From: Macrostomum lignano
Taxonomy: Eukaryota
Direction: 5' to 3'
Length of the DNA stretch: 64,000 nucleotides
NCBI GenBank assembly: GCA_002269645.1
Contig: NIVC01000089.1
Coordinates: 620,001-684,000 of the forward strand
In this document: positions 25,707 through 40,029 of the stretch, piece after piece
Layout of the letters: every line of letters starts with the position of its first letter
How positions within the stretch are numbered: position 1 is the first letter of the stretch
Translations under genes and position numbers: made by a program
The notes under the pieces: generated by a model
The model's database searches: none
Seen by the model: only the letters and a program-made list of their open reading frames with translations
Told to the model about the DNA's origin: nothing

Positions 25707-27237
25707 GGCGAGTGCCTTGAGCTCTTTGACAGCAAGTGAGCTCTTTAACAACAATGTGAGCTATCGATTTGATTTGACCACTTGTGCAGTTGGTAACTCA
25801 GCGGCTGAGCGACCCTGCAGCGAAGTCTTCTCCTCCAATTATATATACTCGTAGAGCTGTCCGATTTGAACTAAATGAAACTCAAACTGTTCTCAGCCAG
25901 CACGTGGGTCTACAAATCTGGGTTGCAACTTGCAAGCACTGCTTGCAGGCACGTTGTCTACGAGTTATTATTTAAATTGCCAGGGTAAATATGCTCAATT
26001 GTTTGGCATCCGCTCGGGGAGAGTAGCACACTTTCTCGCCTAAGCTACTACAGCCTATTAGCTCTCTGAGACTGTCTCCTCTCACCACTATTTGCCATTC
26101 TCTTCGGTGCGAAAGAGTTGCAAAGCTGGGCGGCATGAAGAAAAAGAGAAAGTTTTTTCTTGCAAGAAAATGAGAATTTTTTGTGTTTTAATGATAATAG
26201 AAAATGAATTAAGTGAATAAAAATCGCACTTTTGCTTAAAAATTCTTGCTAGAAAGTCTTGGAAATCGAGAGAAATTTGCTCATGCCTTTTAAAGATATT
26301 CTTGACTTGCGAGAAAATCATTGTTGAAGCAAATCGTTTCTATTTTCTTGACCTTGAAAGAATTTCTGTCAAGATTTTCCCACCATTTATTCATGTCGGA
26401 TTGGGTGACAAATGAATGCATATTTACTGTCAAAGACAAATATAGGCAAAGCTGTACTATAAATAGCTTTTTATTAACCCATGAAGCAGTGTTCATGCCA
26501 ACAACTGCCTCTCAAATAGATAGAAGTTGATTTAGCTTAACACTCACCGCGTAGGTTCTTTCTTCCGGGGGGGGGGGCTACAAATTTTGCCAACGTGCCT
26601 CACTGCCTGCATTTTAGAGTTTGTGGTAGCCTATTTTCAGAGACGAGCCTGCACACCTGGCCTTTTTATTGATTAGGAAAGTCTGCAGCGATCGGTCATC
26701 GCCAGGCCTGAATGAAGGCATTTTTGCCAACACCTAATGCCGGTAAATTTCATACCTTGTATCGGAAATAGCGGCCTTACGCTTGTACTGTATGCAGGTC
26801 AGAGTTGAAGAAATCAAAGCACATCTTTCAGTTCAGCTATACCATCAGTAGGAATCACAAATTTTAAAATAACTACGTGTAGCTCAGGCGTAAACAGCTT
26901 GCTAATTGGTTCAGCAATAATGTACATCAGCCAGTCCACTGAAATGTACATGGCAGCTTTAGGCTGGAATTCCGAGAAAGGCAATAAAAATGAGGGCAGG
27001 TCGGGGGTAGTGTGGAAAAACGCGGTTGAAGGGTTTAAAGCTAGGGGGTAAGAGCCAATAAAATGAGCCTTTGCTTTTAAAATACATTAAAATGCTTCTA
27101 TTTAACTTACTACTGAACTGAAAGTAGCTCACACGCAAATGTGCGGAGTGGCCCATATTAGTTATTCTAGTATCTGTGATAGGAATGAAGAACGGTGATT
27201 GTGTTAGTGTCATGACTAATTTTGAAAAGAATACGGA

Positions 27238-27349
27238 CGGGGCATATTGAGTGACAGGATGCCATATTGAGTGACAGGGTGCCATATTGAGTGACAGGAT
27301 GCCATATTGAGTGACAGGATGCCATATTGAGTGACAGGATGCCATATTG
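27238..27349 (+). repeat. 20-bp tandem repeat (gccatattgagtgacaggat) x5
   Basis: Read directly. Confidence 0.85.
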
Positions 27350-27658
27350 GGTATGATTTTAATTTCATAGGAAGCGCCTCAAATTATAATTTTGAAACCA
27401 ATGCACTCTACTAAAAGTAGTTTAAATTTGAAAAAACCGCTCAGCGCAAGAATTAGTTGACAAAAACGGTTGCAGCCAATGATGAAGCGGCCTTTTCGAT
27501 TGGCGAATTGAGGCGTCCGTTGCCAAGCCGGGAGAATTGGTCCTGATTTCGCCAGTTAGGCAATTTGCGAAAAATAAAGCCCCTCGCTGCTTCAACCTAT
27601 CTGCAGATCGAGCTTTATTATTAAACCACTGACGGCCAACAGGGTTTCATCCGCGATC

Positions 27659-30600
27659 ATGCAGTCCATCAAGTGCGTGGTTGTCGGCGACGGAGCGGTG
27701 GGCAAGACCTGCCTGCTGATCTCGTACGCCACCAACCAGTTCCCGGACGAGTACATTCCCACCGTGTTCGACACCTACAGCGCCAATGTCATGGTGCAGC
27801 AGAAGTCTGTCAACCTGTGCCTGTGGGATACCGCTGGTGAGAGTGCAGTGGAGTTTTGGTTGCCGGTGGCGTGACTGAAGTGAGGGGTAGATAGGGGAAG
27901 TGAGAGGCAGAGTCAGGGAAAGGTGAGAGTAGAGAGAAAAGGAGGTGAGAGTAGAGAGAAAAGGAGGTGAGAGTAGAAAGAAGGGAAGGTGAGAGCAGAG
28001 AGAAGGGGAAGGTGAGAGTAGAGAGAAGAGGAAGGTGAGATTAGAGAGAGGGGAGGTGAGAGCAGAGAGAAGGGGATGAGAGTAGAGCCAGAGGAAAATG
28101 ATAGTAGAGAGAGTGAAAGGTGAGAGTAGAGAGAGGGGGTGGCGAGAGTAGAGAGAGGGGAGGTGAGAGTAGAGCCAGTGGAAGGTGAGAGTAGAGAGAG
28201 GGGAAGGTGAGAGTAGAGAGAAGAGGAAGGTGAGAGTAGAGAGAAGGGGAGGTGAGAGTAGAGCCAGTGAAAAGGTGAGAGTAGAGCCAGATTTGAGTAG
28301 GAGCGTAAGAGTATAATGGTATATCTAGAGAACAATTGGCAAGTATAAGGCTTTATAGTACATTTAGATCGAAGCATTAAATTTGTGAATCTATGTAATT
28401 GAGTACGTCATTTATTAATAATTGAAGAGGAAGCAGCATTATTTTAACGGCACAAAGAAACAATAGTCAGAGGTCTACTACTGCCTATGCTCTGTTTCTT
28501 GCAGAAGATTAAACTTTTTACGACTAGGAGACAAACACATTGGGCGAGATAGGGGATCCAGTTGGGGGTCATTGGACTGCAAGGTGTCCGCCAGCAAGCT
28601 GGTCAAACACGGCAATCGAACGACAGCGTCAAAATGCACTTTTATTCGTCTGTAGCTGTGGGTGTCTTTCGTCGGGCAAGGGCATGGACTTCTAATAGCA
28701 AACATCTGGACTGGTGTTAAAGTCAAACGAGGAAGCAGACTTTCAGAAGATTTTACTTTTTATTCGTTTTAACTCTCTAAAACCTGCAATATGGCTTTAA
28801 TTCGACGGAGGTTTCCAATCCAGATTTGTTTTGCTTCCAAGAAGAATCGCAGTCCATGCGCGCGTGCAAGACCGGGCCAAAGGAAACGCCTCAGAGATCT
28901 TTGGTGCGGGCAACATCTGCCGCTAGCCTAGCTGACGCGCTTGCACTCGCGGGGGTGCTGGTGTGGCCCAAGGCTTGGAAGCGATTGAACTGGCGGGGGG
29001 GGGGGGGTCCGGGCCGCCTCTCGCCTTCTGCATGACTATTAAATTCAAGTCAGGCGGGCCCTGCATGTCTTTTTTTAGCCATGGGGGGTGGGGGCGCACG
29101 GGATTAAGGATAAGCGGGCCGAGTTGGGGGGCTAAGCTGGGGGAGGGGGGGGCAGGGAAAGGCAGAGGCTACACGGCCGCATGCTTGCTGTTATACTGGG
29201 CAGTTCTGGCTCGATGCCAATGGGAAATATGAGGATCTGAAGATTAGAGCTAGAGAAGGTCAGTCCCGATTATTATTGAGCTCGATTATTAATATTATTA
29301 ATTATTAAGAGCTGATTGCAAGCTGTCCGATTGTGTGCGGATCATGCAAACTCAAGGCTGCCTATGCAAGCAATGAACTCTGCATCAGTAGGTAGGCTGA
29401 CCTCGCAAAGGATTACCGGGAGTTTACCTTTTGTCAAGAGTTCCTAGCATTTCTCGTAATTCATTATTGAGTCCAGCTGCAAGGTGGAGACTATGGAGAA
29501 GAGAGAGCTACATGTATATGGCGAACACCGAAAAAACAACCTGAACCGGAGGGGCAATGTATTTTCCTTTGGATATTTGTACTTTAGAACCAGTATCAGA
29601 AGATGCGTGTTGATGTCAAATAGACTCGTAGAAATGACACGAAGATTCAATTCTCGACCCACTCGAAACAATTTGCGTCCTTGAGCAAGGCACTTTACAT
29701 TGCTTCAGTTCACGCAGTAAAATGAGTGCCAAAATAAATGACCGCCCAGTCCTTGGACTGAACAGCCGTACGCAGCCTTCAGATGCGCCGCGTAATAGCT
29801 GCGGCTGAGCTGTCGGTTGCACATCTGTCCATTAGGGCAGGTGTAATAAAAAAGTAATCTCTAGGAGTGATCTCTCACTAGTTTCTAGAGAGATCTCTAG
29901 GAGATTCAGGGTGGTCTCATCGAGATTCGGAAGATCTCTGAGAGATTCCTATAGAGATCTCAAGGAGATTCTGGGAAAAAACACATGAAGATCTGTTGAG
30001 ATCTCAAGGAGGTTCAATATGATCTACGCCAGGTTCAGAGAGATCTCAATACCACACTCTTCAAAAGTGCACGTTTCAACCTCGGGATCCAGGTCAGGAA
30101 GAGTACGACCAGCTGCGGATTCTGAGCTACCCGCAGACCGACGTGATGATAATCTGTTTCTCGCTGGACAACCCGGTAAGCTGTGACAATGTCCGCTCCA
30201 AGTGGGTGCCGGAGGTCCGACACTACGCGCCGAACACCCCGATCCTGCTGGTGGGCACCAAGCGCGATCTCAGGGAAGACCCAGCTACAGTGGAACGGCT
30301 GAAGGCCAAGAATCGAAGCCCTGTGTCGACACTGAAGGTGAGTTTTTAGACTGTACAGGTGGTGGTGCACAATGAATTTGCATTAATTTGGTTGAATTAT
30401 CGTTCGACGGATGCATGACCTAATGAGTCAAATGCTGGTGAATATACGAGCGTATGTTTGCCGAAGTAGCGGAGCTTTTGTCTATGGTAGCAAGCCGACA
30501 CTGCAGCAGTTAATTTGGTTGAGACCCAATCATGAGCTACAATGTGGTACAAGGTGACGTCAAAAATGCAATCTGCTTACATCTAACTATAACAAAAACA

Positions 30601-31147
30601 AAAATGAGCACTTTAGCCTAGTCAAAAGAAGCCCTTGGCGTTCGTTCGACAGTCTTAGCACATAGTCCACGATTCTGGGGCTAATCTTGATCCTCCACAG
30701 CCGTTGCAAATGAAGCATTACTTTCGTCCTCACTGCTTGTGACATGAAAATCTAAGGGGTGAAACTTTAAAGCCGTTATGGACCAAATTAAATGTTGCAG
30801 TGCCAAGCCTCGCTATCATAGACAAAAGCTCCGTTACTTTGGCAAACATATTCAATATCTTGGATTAAATTAAATTCAATGCGTGTAAGCCTAAATGGGC
30901 TTGACAAAAGTGCATATTTTACTTACAAAGTTTCAGCTAAAGTACACACCTAAGCAATTATTACGAATAATGCTATAAAAACTAGGGCACGGCTCTGGCC
31001 AAGGAGGTCCGAGCCGTCCGCTACCTCGAATGCTCCTCCAAGCTGCAGCACGAGGTCAAGGCCGTGTTCGACGAGGCCATTCGAATCGTGCTGACGCCCG
31101 GCCCGCAGAAGAAGGAGCAAAGAAAGAAGGACTGCGCCATGCTGTAG
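27659..31147 (+). CDS. rac: Rac-type Rho-family GTPase, 3 exons, 194 aa
   Basis: Exons 27659-27836, 30093-30337 and 30986-31147. Motifs: [35 protein letters not shown] (Rac-type W56), SYPQTDV, LVGTKRD, YLECSSK, and a polybasic tail with CAML CaaX. Confidence 0.95.
27915..28290 (+). repeat. purine-rich degenerate repeat (gaaggtgagagtagagag)
   Basis: Read directly in Rac intron 1. Confidence 0.85.
29620..29853 (+). mobile_element. tRNA-derived CORE-like SINE, copy B (degenerate head)
   Basis: gtccttgagcaaggcactttacattgcttcagttcacgcagtaaaatgag...cagtccttggactgaacagccgtacgcagccttcagatgcgccgcg...ttagggcaggtgtaataaa matches the reverse complement of 38158-38445. Confidence 0.85.
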
Positions 31148-32912
31148 CTCTGATCCTAAGCTGCCTTCGTGCAGATTGGCCACCTCCGCTTCCGCCCAGC
31201 AACACTTTTTTCCGCTCTGTGTTATGAAAGATTTTTTTGGACAAAAGCGCAATTTTCATAGCATTAATTGCAGTTTTGGCGCAGGCGGCACCTGTTGCTT
31301 TCAGAAGCACCTGCTACTGCTGCTGCCGTGTAAGGGTTGAAAGACAAGCTGCAATGCTAAACTGCAATTCTTTAACTTTTTTCACTTCCTATGTCGCTAT
31401 TTTATAGTTAGTTGTGAAGGAAAGCTTTTTTCAAGAATTATTCTCAAGTAAGCCTATTTTATTCTTAAAAGTGTCCTATTGGGAATTGAGGACCAAGGGT
31501 CAGACCAGGCTTTTTCGACTGCAATTTAATTTTTATGTAAGACAGAATTCGTTGATAACGTCTTGTCGCTTCATGTGGCAAAAAATGAGACAAAACACGA
31601 TACGTTAAATTTGGCTATAGTTGCTTATAATTACGAAAGTCATATTTATTCCTCGTTACTGTAATGTACTTGTAAATACCAAAATTTTGAATAATTACAG
31701 AAAAAATGATGTAGAAGCAACTATATTATGTACTTGTAAAATATGATTAATAACTATCCGCCCTCTTTATGGCCAGTCTGTAATAATCAATCCGGCAAAA
31801 AATAAAAAACAGATCTTCTTCATGAACTTTGTAAACTGACTTGGTGTTTCAAGATTGGTAATTTCGTCAGCGGAATTATGAACCGGTGCGAGGCGATTAG
31901 TGAGTGAAGGCCTGGGGATGGGGGATGGCGCCTGCGCACCTGGTCCAGGCCAGCAGCCCCTTGTTGAAGGCGCCATAATTAGTTTGCCTTTCTTTCAACT
32001 CTCCACACTGTGAGGCTTCGCTGACCGCCAGACTAAAGGAACCATCAGCCGATGGATGAGTCAGCACTGCTGGCCGGACTGTGCTCGTTCAGGGACTTCT
32101 GGGAACATCCCTGGACTGGAAAGGAAGCTTTTTTAGCACTGTTGAAGAGAGATCGACTCAAAATTTGGTTGCTCGAGTAGAAAACTTTTCCCGGAGCTTG
32201 TCGCGACTCGCGATATTCTCGTCAACAAGGAAAATCCGGAGGCTCAGTGCATGTACGTATCCATGCTTGAGCACAGGTAGACATGTCTGCTTGCCTCCTT
32301 GTTGGCTGGGGGTTGAATTTTTAAAAAATAATTTGTATGTCCTTTAATAACTTTTGATTAAACTAACGTAATTAACTTCATTAAGTACTAAAGTACTACT
32401 TATTAATTAACTTAAGTAGTCTATTAAAACCAAATCCCGTAAGACCTTATAGTCTCACTTATCTCAGTTTGTAATTCAAATAAAGTATTTATTCATGAAC
32501 CGCGGATTCAGTCTAAAACGTGGGCTTCCAGTCCAGACTGTAGTAGTCTACGGGAGTCCATGGCTTCACTGACAAATCCTGTCCATGAGGTGTTAGTTCG
32601 CTGGTCCTGTTTCTACAAGTTTCGCGACTAAACCAGGCGAAGAACTTTTTTAGCAGCTAGCGGTAGCGGACCAGTCAGTCAGTCAGGCAGTTCCGTTATC
32701 AGCTATCTGGAAATCTTATGCCGCCTGTCTTTCTCTATGAGGCAGCGGGGCTTTAACTGATTCTCGCTGTTTGGGAAGTCTTTCACGGCTATAACAGACC
32801 ATATTTACAGTGGTCCTTGCATCAGTGGCGTACGAGCGGGGACCAAACGCCAAAAAAGTGGGATTCACTGTCACTCCCAGGGGCACCATATTTGGCCGTC
32901 GTGGGAGTCTGA

Positions 32913-33292
32913 CTATTGGGGTGTCTCGGGACTGACAATTGGGGTGTCTCGGGGCTGACAATTGGGGTGTCTCGGGGCTGACAATTGGGGTGTCTCGGGA
33001 TTGACAATTGGGTGTCTCGGGGCTGACAATTGGGTGTCTCGGGGCTGACAATTGGGGTGTCTCGGGACTGACAATTCCAGGGTCTGACAACTCCAGTGTC
33101 TTGGGGCAGACAATTCCAGTGTCTGGGGGCAGACAATTCCAGTGTCTGGGGGCTGAAAATTCCAGTGTCTGGGGGCAGAAAATTCCAGTGTCTGGGGCTG
33201 ACAATTCCAGTGTCTGGGGGCAGAAAATTCCAGTGTCTCGTGGCTGAAAATTCCAGTGTCTGGGGCTGACAATTCCAGTGTCTGGGGGCACC
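32913..33292 (+). repeat. degenerate ~20-22 bp tandem repeats (ggggctgacaatt... / aattccagtgtctgggg)
   Basis: Read directly; source of several overlapping spurious ORFs. Confidence 0.85.
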
Positions 33293-33807
33293 AAATACAC
33301 TGTTGGCTGCTGTCACTGCAAAAGCTCCGGTCTTCGCTCAGTCCAAGCCCCACAACTCAGTGGGCTTTAAGCGGCGACAGGATGTCCGAAAAATCCCCGC
33401 TCCCGGGCCGAAGCGGGCCCACCTGTATTGCAGGCAGCAGTCTGGCTGCACTCGTAAGTCATCGCGAATCCCCTGGTTCATTCAGACAGAGGCCGCGTAT
33501 CGACGAGTCTGCACTGCAGAGAATTGCCGCACACCCGGCCCAGCTAGTTGCTATGGGCCTTCGTAGTTGTTGCTTGTTTTTCACTGTCAGGTCGCATAGA
33601 CTGCACAGCCAGCCCCATAGCTATGCACTTTTGTTGCCGGGGGTAAGCAGATAATTTTCTGGATAGTCGATGAATTCTGTAAACAGAATTTCTGCGCAAG
33701 ATCGGATATCCAAGTCGAACCAATGTTTTATCGAAGCCCCTTGAGATTGAAGAGTATGGTCTTTTATTCACTTTAACAACTGCTGGCTAACACCTCCAAA
33801 TATCTGT

Positions 33808-34610
<803 letters not shown>

Positions 34611-36045
34611 AAACGAAAAGTTAACTAAAAGAAATAAAAATTGTACTTAAGGAATACTACTCGTAACTTTGCTAGTTTAAATCAGAAATGTATGCTACTA
34701 TTCATGCTATACTGACAGACAATTCAGAATTTGCTTTAGAATTGACGAAACTAATGCTTTACCGATACTACTGAATACTGTAGTAGTACGAAATGTTTAT
34801 AATAAAAAACTGAACCAGATTTAAGCTGCTATGGCCTTCTAAAGATATATTTACTGCCAACTTTTAATGTCAATATTGTAGTCAACTGACAACACGAAAT
34901 ATCACTGATGGACAAAGTACTTACAGGTAGGTACTACTTGGTATATAAGTAATACTTGTAGCAAGTTGGACTATATAATATATCTTCAAATTAGGGAGCG
35001 GAGAATGACAATAAATTGTTTTGAGAAGACAATTCTAATTGAAACAGTGAAACTGGGTCGCAGTAAAACCAGCTAAATATATATTTTTGCACGAGTTAGT
35101 CAAGTTAAATCTTTTATCAGAAGATGACTGTTTGCCCGGTTTTCGTTGCATAGAATTTGGAGAGAATCGAAGTTTTTCATTTCCTAAGCTCTCGAATTGC
35201 AAACGGGGGCAAGTAAGGACATCGCGCTTGTCGTGAAGGCTGATGCAGTAATTTCTCGGGATGGAGTCTGAATGGAAGACAGCAACATGCCGGATGCAAC
35301 TGTGAGCTTGAAGGGGATTTTGAAAATTTTGGTTCTTAGTATCATTTTTTGAATGGACACTCCGTCTGGAAAATTTGCCCTGCTTGCCCAACGTCTATAA
35401 AAATAGCTTGAGAACCTTGAGAACCTCGTAACCTTGAGAATTTCGTAAGGCCGCATAAAATAAAATGTCATACAGTACGAGTACATAAGCATTTTGAGTT
35501 TTCGGTCTTATGAAGTTTCGGTCTTGTGAAGGGCCCTGCATTTTGAGTTTTCGGCGTTGTGAAATTTCGGTCTTATGAAGTTTCGGTCTTGTGAAATTTC
35601 GGTCTTATGAAATTTCGGTCTTATGAAAGCGACCCTCTAAGACGACGAGATTTCGCGGTACGAGTTGCCAAAAACTCTTCGAAGAGTCGCCTAAGAGTCA
35701 ATTTGAGGTGTTTTATTGCCTGCATTTCTAAAACTACTCTGGGGCCGTAGAGTCAGATCTGTGCTCGAGTCGTTGTAGAATCGCTGAGTTGCGTCTAAAG
35801 CGCACCTGCGTTAATTTATGAAATTAAAATAGCATTTCTACTTGCCTACTTGAGTTAGTAGAAAGTTTAGCGCTAACACAACAAAATAGTAGAACGAAGT
35901 TGTTTGCAATGACTCTTTAGCGACTCTTTTTCACGACAGCGTTTTCAACGGGGGTAAAGCTAGAAAGCTGAAAACTTCTCATCTTGCACGCACGCAGCTT
36001 CCTTTTATTCGAGTTTTTTAATCACGCAAGACAAAAAAATGTAGG

Positions 36046-39000
36046 TCAATCGCCGCTCCTGCCAGATGCGTCAGCCTCGCCGGCAGCGGTTGTCGTCGTC
36101 TCCGCTGTTGCCGCTTCACCCGGGCTGTTCAACTCGCTGGGATAGTCCAGCCACCTGTAGGCCCTGGAGATGAGCAGCAGGGACACCACCATGAGCTCCA
36201 TCATGATGAGGAACACCAGCCAGGCCAGCCGCTGCAGGGTGCCGCCGATCAGGAGGCCCACCAGGATGGCCAGAGCGGACACGGACCTGAAGATGCCCTG
36301 CGCAATGTCCATCTCGCCAAGCGGCAGGCCTTTGCTGTACATGCTGTCGGGCAGGGCGATGGCGAACGGGATGCCGATCACGTGACCAACGATTCCGGTC
36401 AGCAGCAGGCCGATGTACAGCGACTTCTGGTGGTTGTTGATGAAGATCAGCGTGACGAAGCTCCAGAAGTACACCGCGATGAGGAAGGCGACGCCGAGAA
36501 TCAACAGCAGCCGGTCGAGGAACTTCGAGGACAGGTAGCGGACCAGGAGGTACACGAAGATGACTAGGATGCCTGCGCCCAGGTACACCAGGCTGGTGTT
36601 CTGCTCGTCCCAGTCAAAGTAGCGCTGAGCCACCGGCAACAGGACGGACTCGAGCGCCATCAGGCTAAAGTAGCTGGAGAAGGTGACGAACAGCATTGCG
36701 AAGGTGTCCGGCTTGAAGAACATGCGCACCTTGGCGGAGTTAAGCTGTCGAGTCAGCCGGTCGCACAGCCGGCGACAGCGGCCTCCCTCGCTGGCCTCCG
36801 TCGGCGGCAGCGACAGCGGCGGGTCGGCGGCGGCGGCATCGGCGGCGCTGAGATTCTCGTTGGAGGCGGCGCGCGACGACTTGGCGCTGACGGTGGTCGG
36901 CTCGGCTGATTCGGCTGCCGCCTGGCCGTCCGGCTGCATGCGGTCGTGGCTGATGTAGGGGTACACCACGATGACGGCCACCGTGTGCACAGCCCACAGA
37001 AAGGCCATGAGCAGCCCGGGCGTGTTGTACACGTTGATGACAAAGTTCTGCACCCGGTAGCGCACCGGATGAATTATCAGTGTCAGGGCCGGGCCTGGTG
37101 GTTACGGGATGGGAGTGGCGTTGTTGCCCAACTGACTGAACTTCTCTATGGACGGTTTTCCACGAGGTGCTCCTCCGTGGATTAAAGACTGGCTGCTGTA
37201 CCGTTTCGATGCAACGGTTATAGATATATAAAAAAAGCATGAGGCCAGCGAAGCCTCTCTATCCGGCCCTCGGGTCTTTTGAAACTTCAAAATACTTTGT
37301 AGCAATCCAGCCCGCTCAAGGTTTGTGTCTCTTCTCAGCTCTTTTCTCTCCTTTCTCCTTTCTCCGGTGAGTTCATAGCCCAGTGGTGAAAACTAAGACC
37401 TGATGAAGAGGAGTAAGAACCCAGAGATGTCAGTCAGTTAATAGTTTGCAGTGGGCTTTGAACACCGCCACAAATCTCTTTTTCGTACGAGGACACCTGA
37501 CTGAAGTCAGACCTGCGGACTATGCTCTTACCCGCAATGAGTCCGAACTGTCGCACCAGCAGCAGGTACACAATAACGGAGGTGCGTTCTCTCTTGGTGG
37601 TCACTCGGACCACGTCGGCGTACAGCGGCGGCTCCGCTCCAGCTCCAGCGCCGGCCACGAATCGGCCCAGCAGGATGAGCCAGGGCTGGGAGGCGGCGAA
37701 GTAGATCAGGTTGCCGACGATCTCCAGCTGATTGGCGATGATGATGAGCAGCTTCACCCGGAGCAGATTCCTGCGCGACAGCCAGCCGAACAGCGGGGTG
37801 CAGAACAGGGCGGACACGTTGAAGGCGGCCAGGGTGGCGCCGTAGAACTGCACGCTGGTCTTCAGGTCGAAGCGGGTGTACAGGTACAGCCAGAGCGTCG
37901 GCAGGATGATGGACCGCTCGACTCCGGTGAGCAGGCCCCAGAAGCCGCCGATGACGGTGACCTGTAAGGTGAATTGATTTGATTTCCAGTGACTGTTTTT
38001 TCTAGCCACCAGGTGAGATTCCGCAAAGGTGTTTCAAGCAATATTGATCAACACGTTTAAGACCGTTGCGACTTCTTCGTATACTCGATATGCCAACGAC
38101 TAAAAACTCCTAAACCGGTCCTGGTGCGTTATGACTATGCTTATTATTACGAGCTATCATTATTTATTCACCTGCCCTAACAGGCAGATGTGCAACCGAC
38201 AGCTCAGCCGCAGCTATTGCGCGGCGCATCTGAAGGCTGCGTACGGCTGTTCAGTCCAAGGACTGGGGGGTCGCCACACACACCCTCAATTACCCCAGCT
38301 GGCACCCATTTTACAGCTGGGTGAACTGAAGCAATGCAGAGTTAAGTGTCTTGCTCAAGGACACATTATTCCGACTGGGATCGGGAATCGAACCCCTGAC
38401 CTTCAAGTCGTGAGTCCGACGCTCTAACCATTAGGCTACAACCCCTTGGCTACAACCCCTTGGCTACAACCCCTTGGCTACAGCCCCCTTGGCTACAGCC
38501 CCCTTGGCTACAACCCCTTAGCTACAGCCCCCTTGGCTACAACCCCTTAGCTACAGCCCTCTTGGCTATAACCCCTTGGCTACAGCCCCCTTGGCTACAG
38601 CCCCCTTGGCTACAACCCCTTGGCTACAACCCCTTGGCTACAACCCCTTGGCTACAGCCCCCTTGGCTACAACCCCTTGGCTACAGCCCTTTTGGCTACA
38701 ACCCCTTGGCTACAACCCCTTGGCTACAGCCCCCTTGGCTACAACCCCTTGGCTACAACCCCCTTGGCTACAGCCCCCTTGGCTACAGCCCCCTTGGCTA
38801 CAACCCCTTGTCTACAGCCCTCTTGGCTACAGCCCCCTTGGCTACAGCCCCCTTAGCTACAGCCCCCTTGGCTACAACCCCTTGGCTACAACCCCTTGGC
38901 TACAGCCCCCTTGGCTACAGCCCCCTTGGCTACAGCCCCCTTGGCTACAACCCCTTGGCTACAGCCCCCTTGGCTACAACCCCTTAGCTACAGCCCCCTT

Positions 39001-39739
39001 GGCTACAGCCCCCTTGGCTACAACCCCTTAGCTACAGCCCCCTTGGCTACAGCCCCCTTGGCTACAGCATCCTTGGCTACAGCCCCCTTGGCTACAACCC
39101 CTTAGCTACAGCCCCCTTGGCTACAACCCCTTGGCTACAGCCCCCTTGGCTACAGCCCCCTTGGCTACAGCCCCCTTGGCTACAACCCCTTGGCTACAGC
39201 CCCCTTGGCTACAGCCCCTTTGGCTACAGCCCCCTTGGCTACAGCCCCCTTGGCTACAACCCCTTGGCTACAGCCCCCTTGGCTACAACCCCTTAGCTAC
39301 AGCCCCCTTGGCTACAGCCCCCTTGGCTACAACCCCTTGGCTACAGCCCCCTTGGCTACAACCCCTTGGCTACAACCCCCTTGGCTACAGCCCCCTTGGC
39401 TACAGCCCCCTTGGCTACAACCCCCTTGGCTACAACCCCCTTGGCTACAACCCCTTGGCTACGACCCCCTTGGCTACAGCATCCTTGGCTACAGCCCCCT
39501 TGGCTACAACCCCCTTAGCTACAGCCCCCTTGACTACACCACCTTTGCACAAAACACAGAAAGAAATGGATGTGCTAGCAAACCTTGGCCTTGGCTGACA
39601 ACGGGAACTGCCTGCGCAGCCACTCGCAGCAGTGCGCCAGCTTTCGCACCGGCCGGTTGCTGGTGAGACCGGTGTTCTCTCCGCTGGGCTGCTGCTGCTG
39701 ATCATCACTGTTTGTCTGGCGTTGATACGGATGCGTCAT
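36046..39739 (-). CDS. MFS transporter, MFSD8/CLN7-like, 3 exons, 544 aa
   Basis: Exons 39584-39739, 37532-37961 and 36046-37094 join in frame (1635 nt). Features: GVERSIILPTLWLYL, PLFGWLSRR, LLGRFVAGAGAG, GLIAG|PA, INVYNTPGLLM, long central loop, 12-TM hydropathy. MFS is secure; the MFSD8 subfamily is inferred. Confidence 0.88.
38158..38445 (-). mobile_element. tRNA-derived CORE-like SINE, copy A (near full length)
   Basis: Minus strand: gtagcctaatgg (A box)...ggttcgattccc (B box), then gtgtccttgagcaagacacttaactctgcattgcttcagttcacccagctgtaaaatggg (resembles the MIR/AFC CORE domain), ending ttagggcaggtgaataaata. Two other copies are in the window. Confidence 0.88.
38436..39535 (+). repeat. 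14-15 bp minisatellite (ccccttggctaca[a/gc])n in MFS intron 1
   Basis: About 75 tandem copies starting at the SINE 5' end. Confidence 0.95.
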
Positions 39740-40029
39740 CGAAGCTGTCGACCGCTTAATTGAGGGATAGTTGGGGATCCGTTACAGTATGATGAAGTGT
39801 ACTATGACCTAGTACCATCGCAATATTTTCAACATGATATTTTGCCTCACGTGTCCGGTTGACTTCATATGCAGTCTTTTTAAATAAAATCTTTTACATA
39901 CTGGCGATTCTGGCCCACTGCACTGACTCCTGAGCACGTACTCCAGTACTGTACTTCAGCACGCACTCAAACATACGCTCACACAGGGTGTACAGTCACG
40001 CGCAAGCTCAGGAACATCCTTGTGAACCA

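Noticed and set aside
29860-30030. Cluster of gagatctc palindromes
   Set aside because: Low-complexity degenerate repeat with no defined termini or coding signal.
37962-38009. GTG-started N-terminus MARKNSHWKSNQFTLQ for the MFS gene
   Set aside because: This is intron sequence; an upstream ATG exon (39584-39739) splices in frame to the acceptor at 37961.
38375-38445. tRNA gene (A and B boxes); also at 43415-43480
   Set aside because: No complete cloverleaf or acceptor stem, and it is followed by the SINE body shared by three copies.
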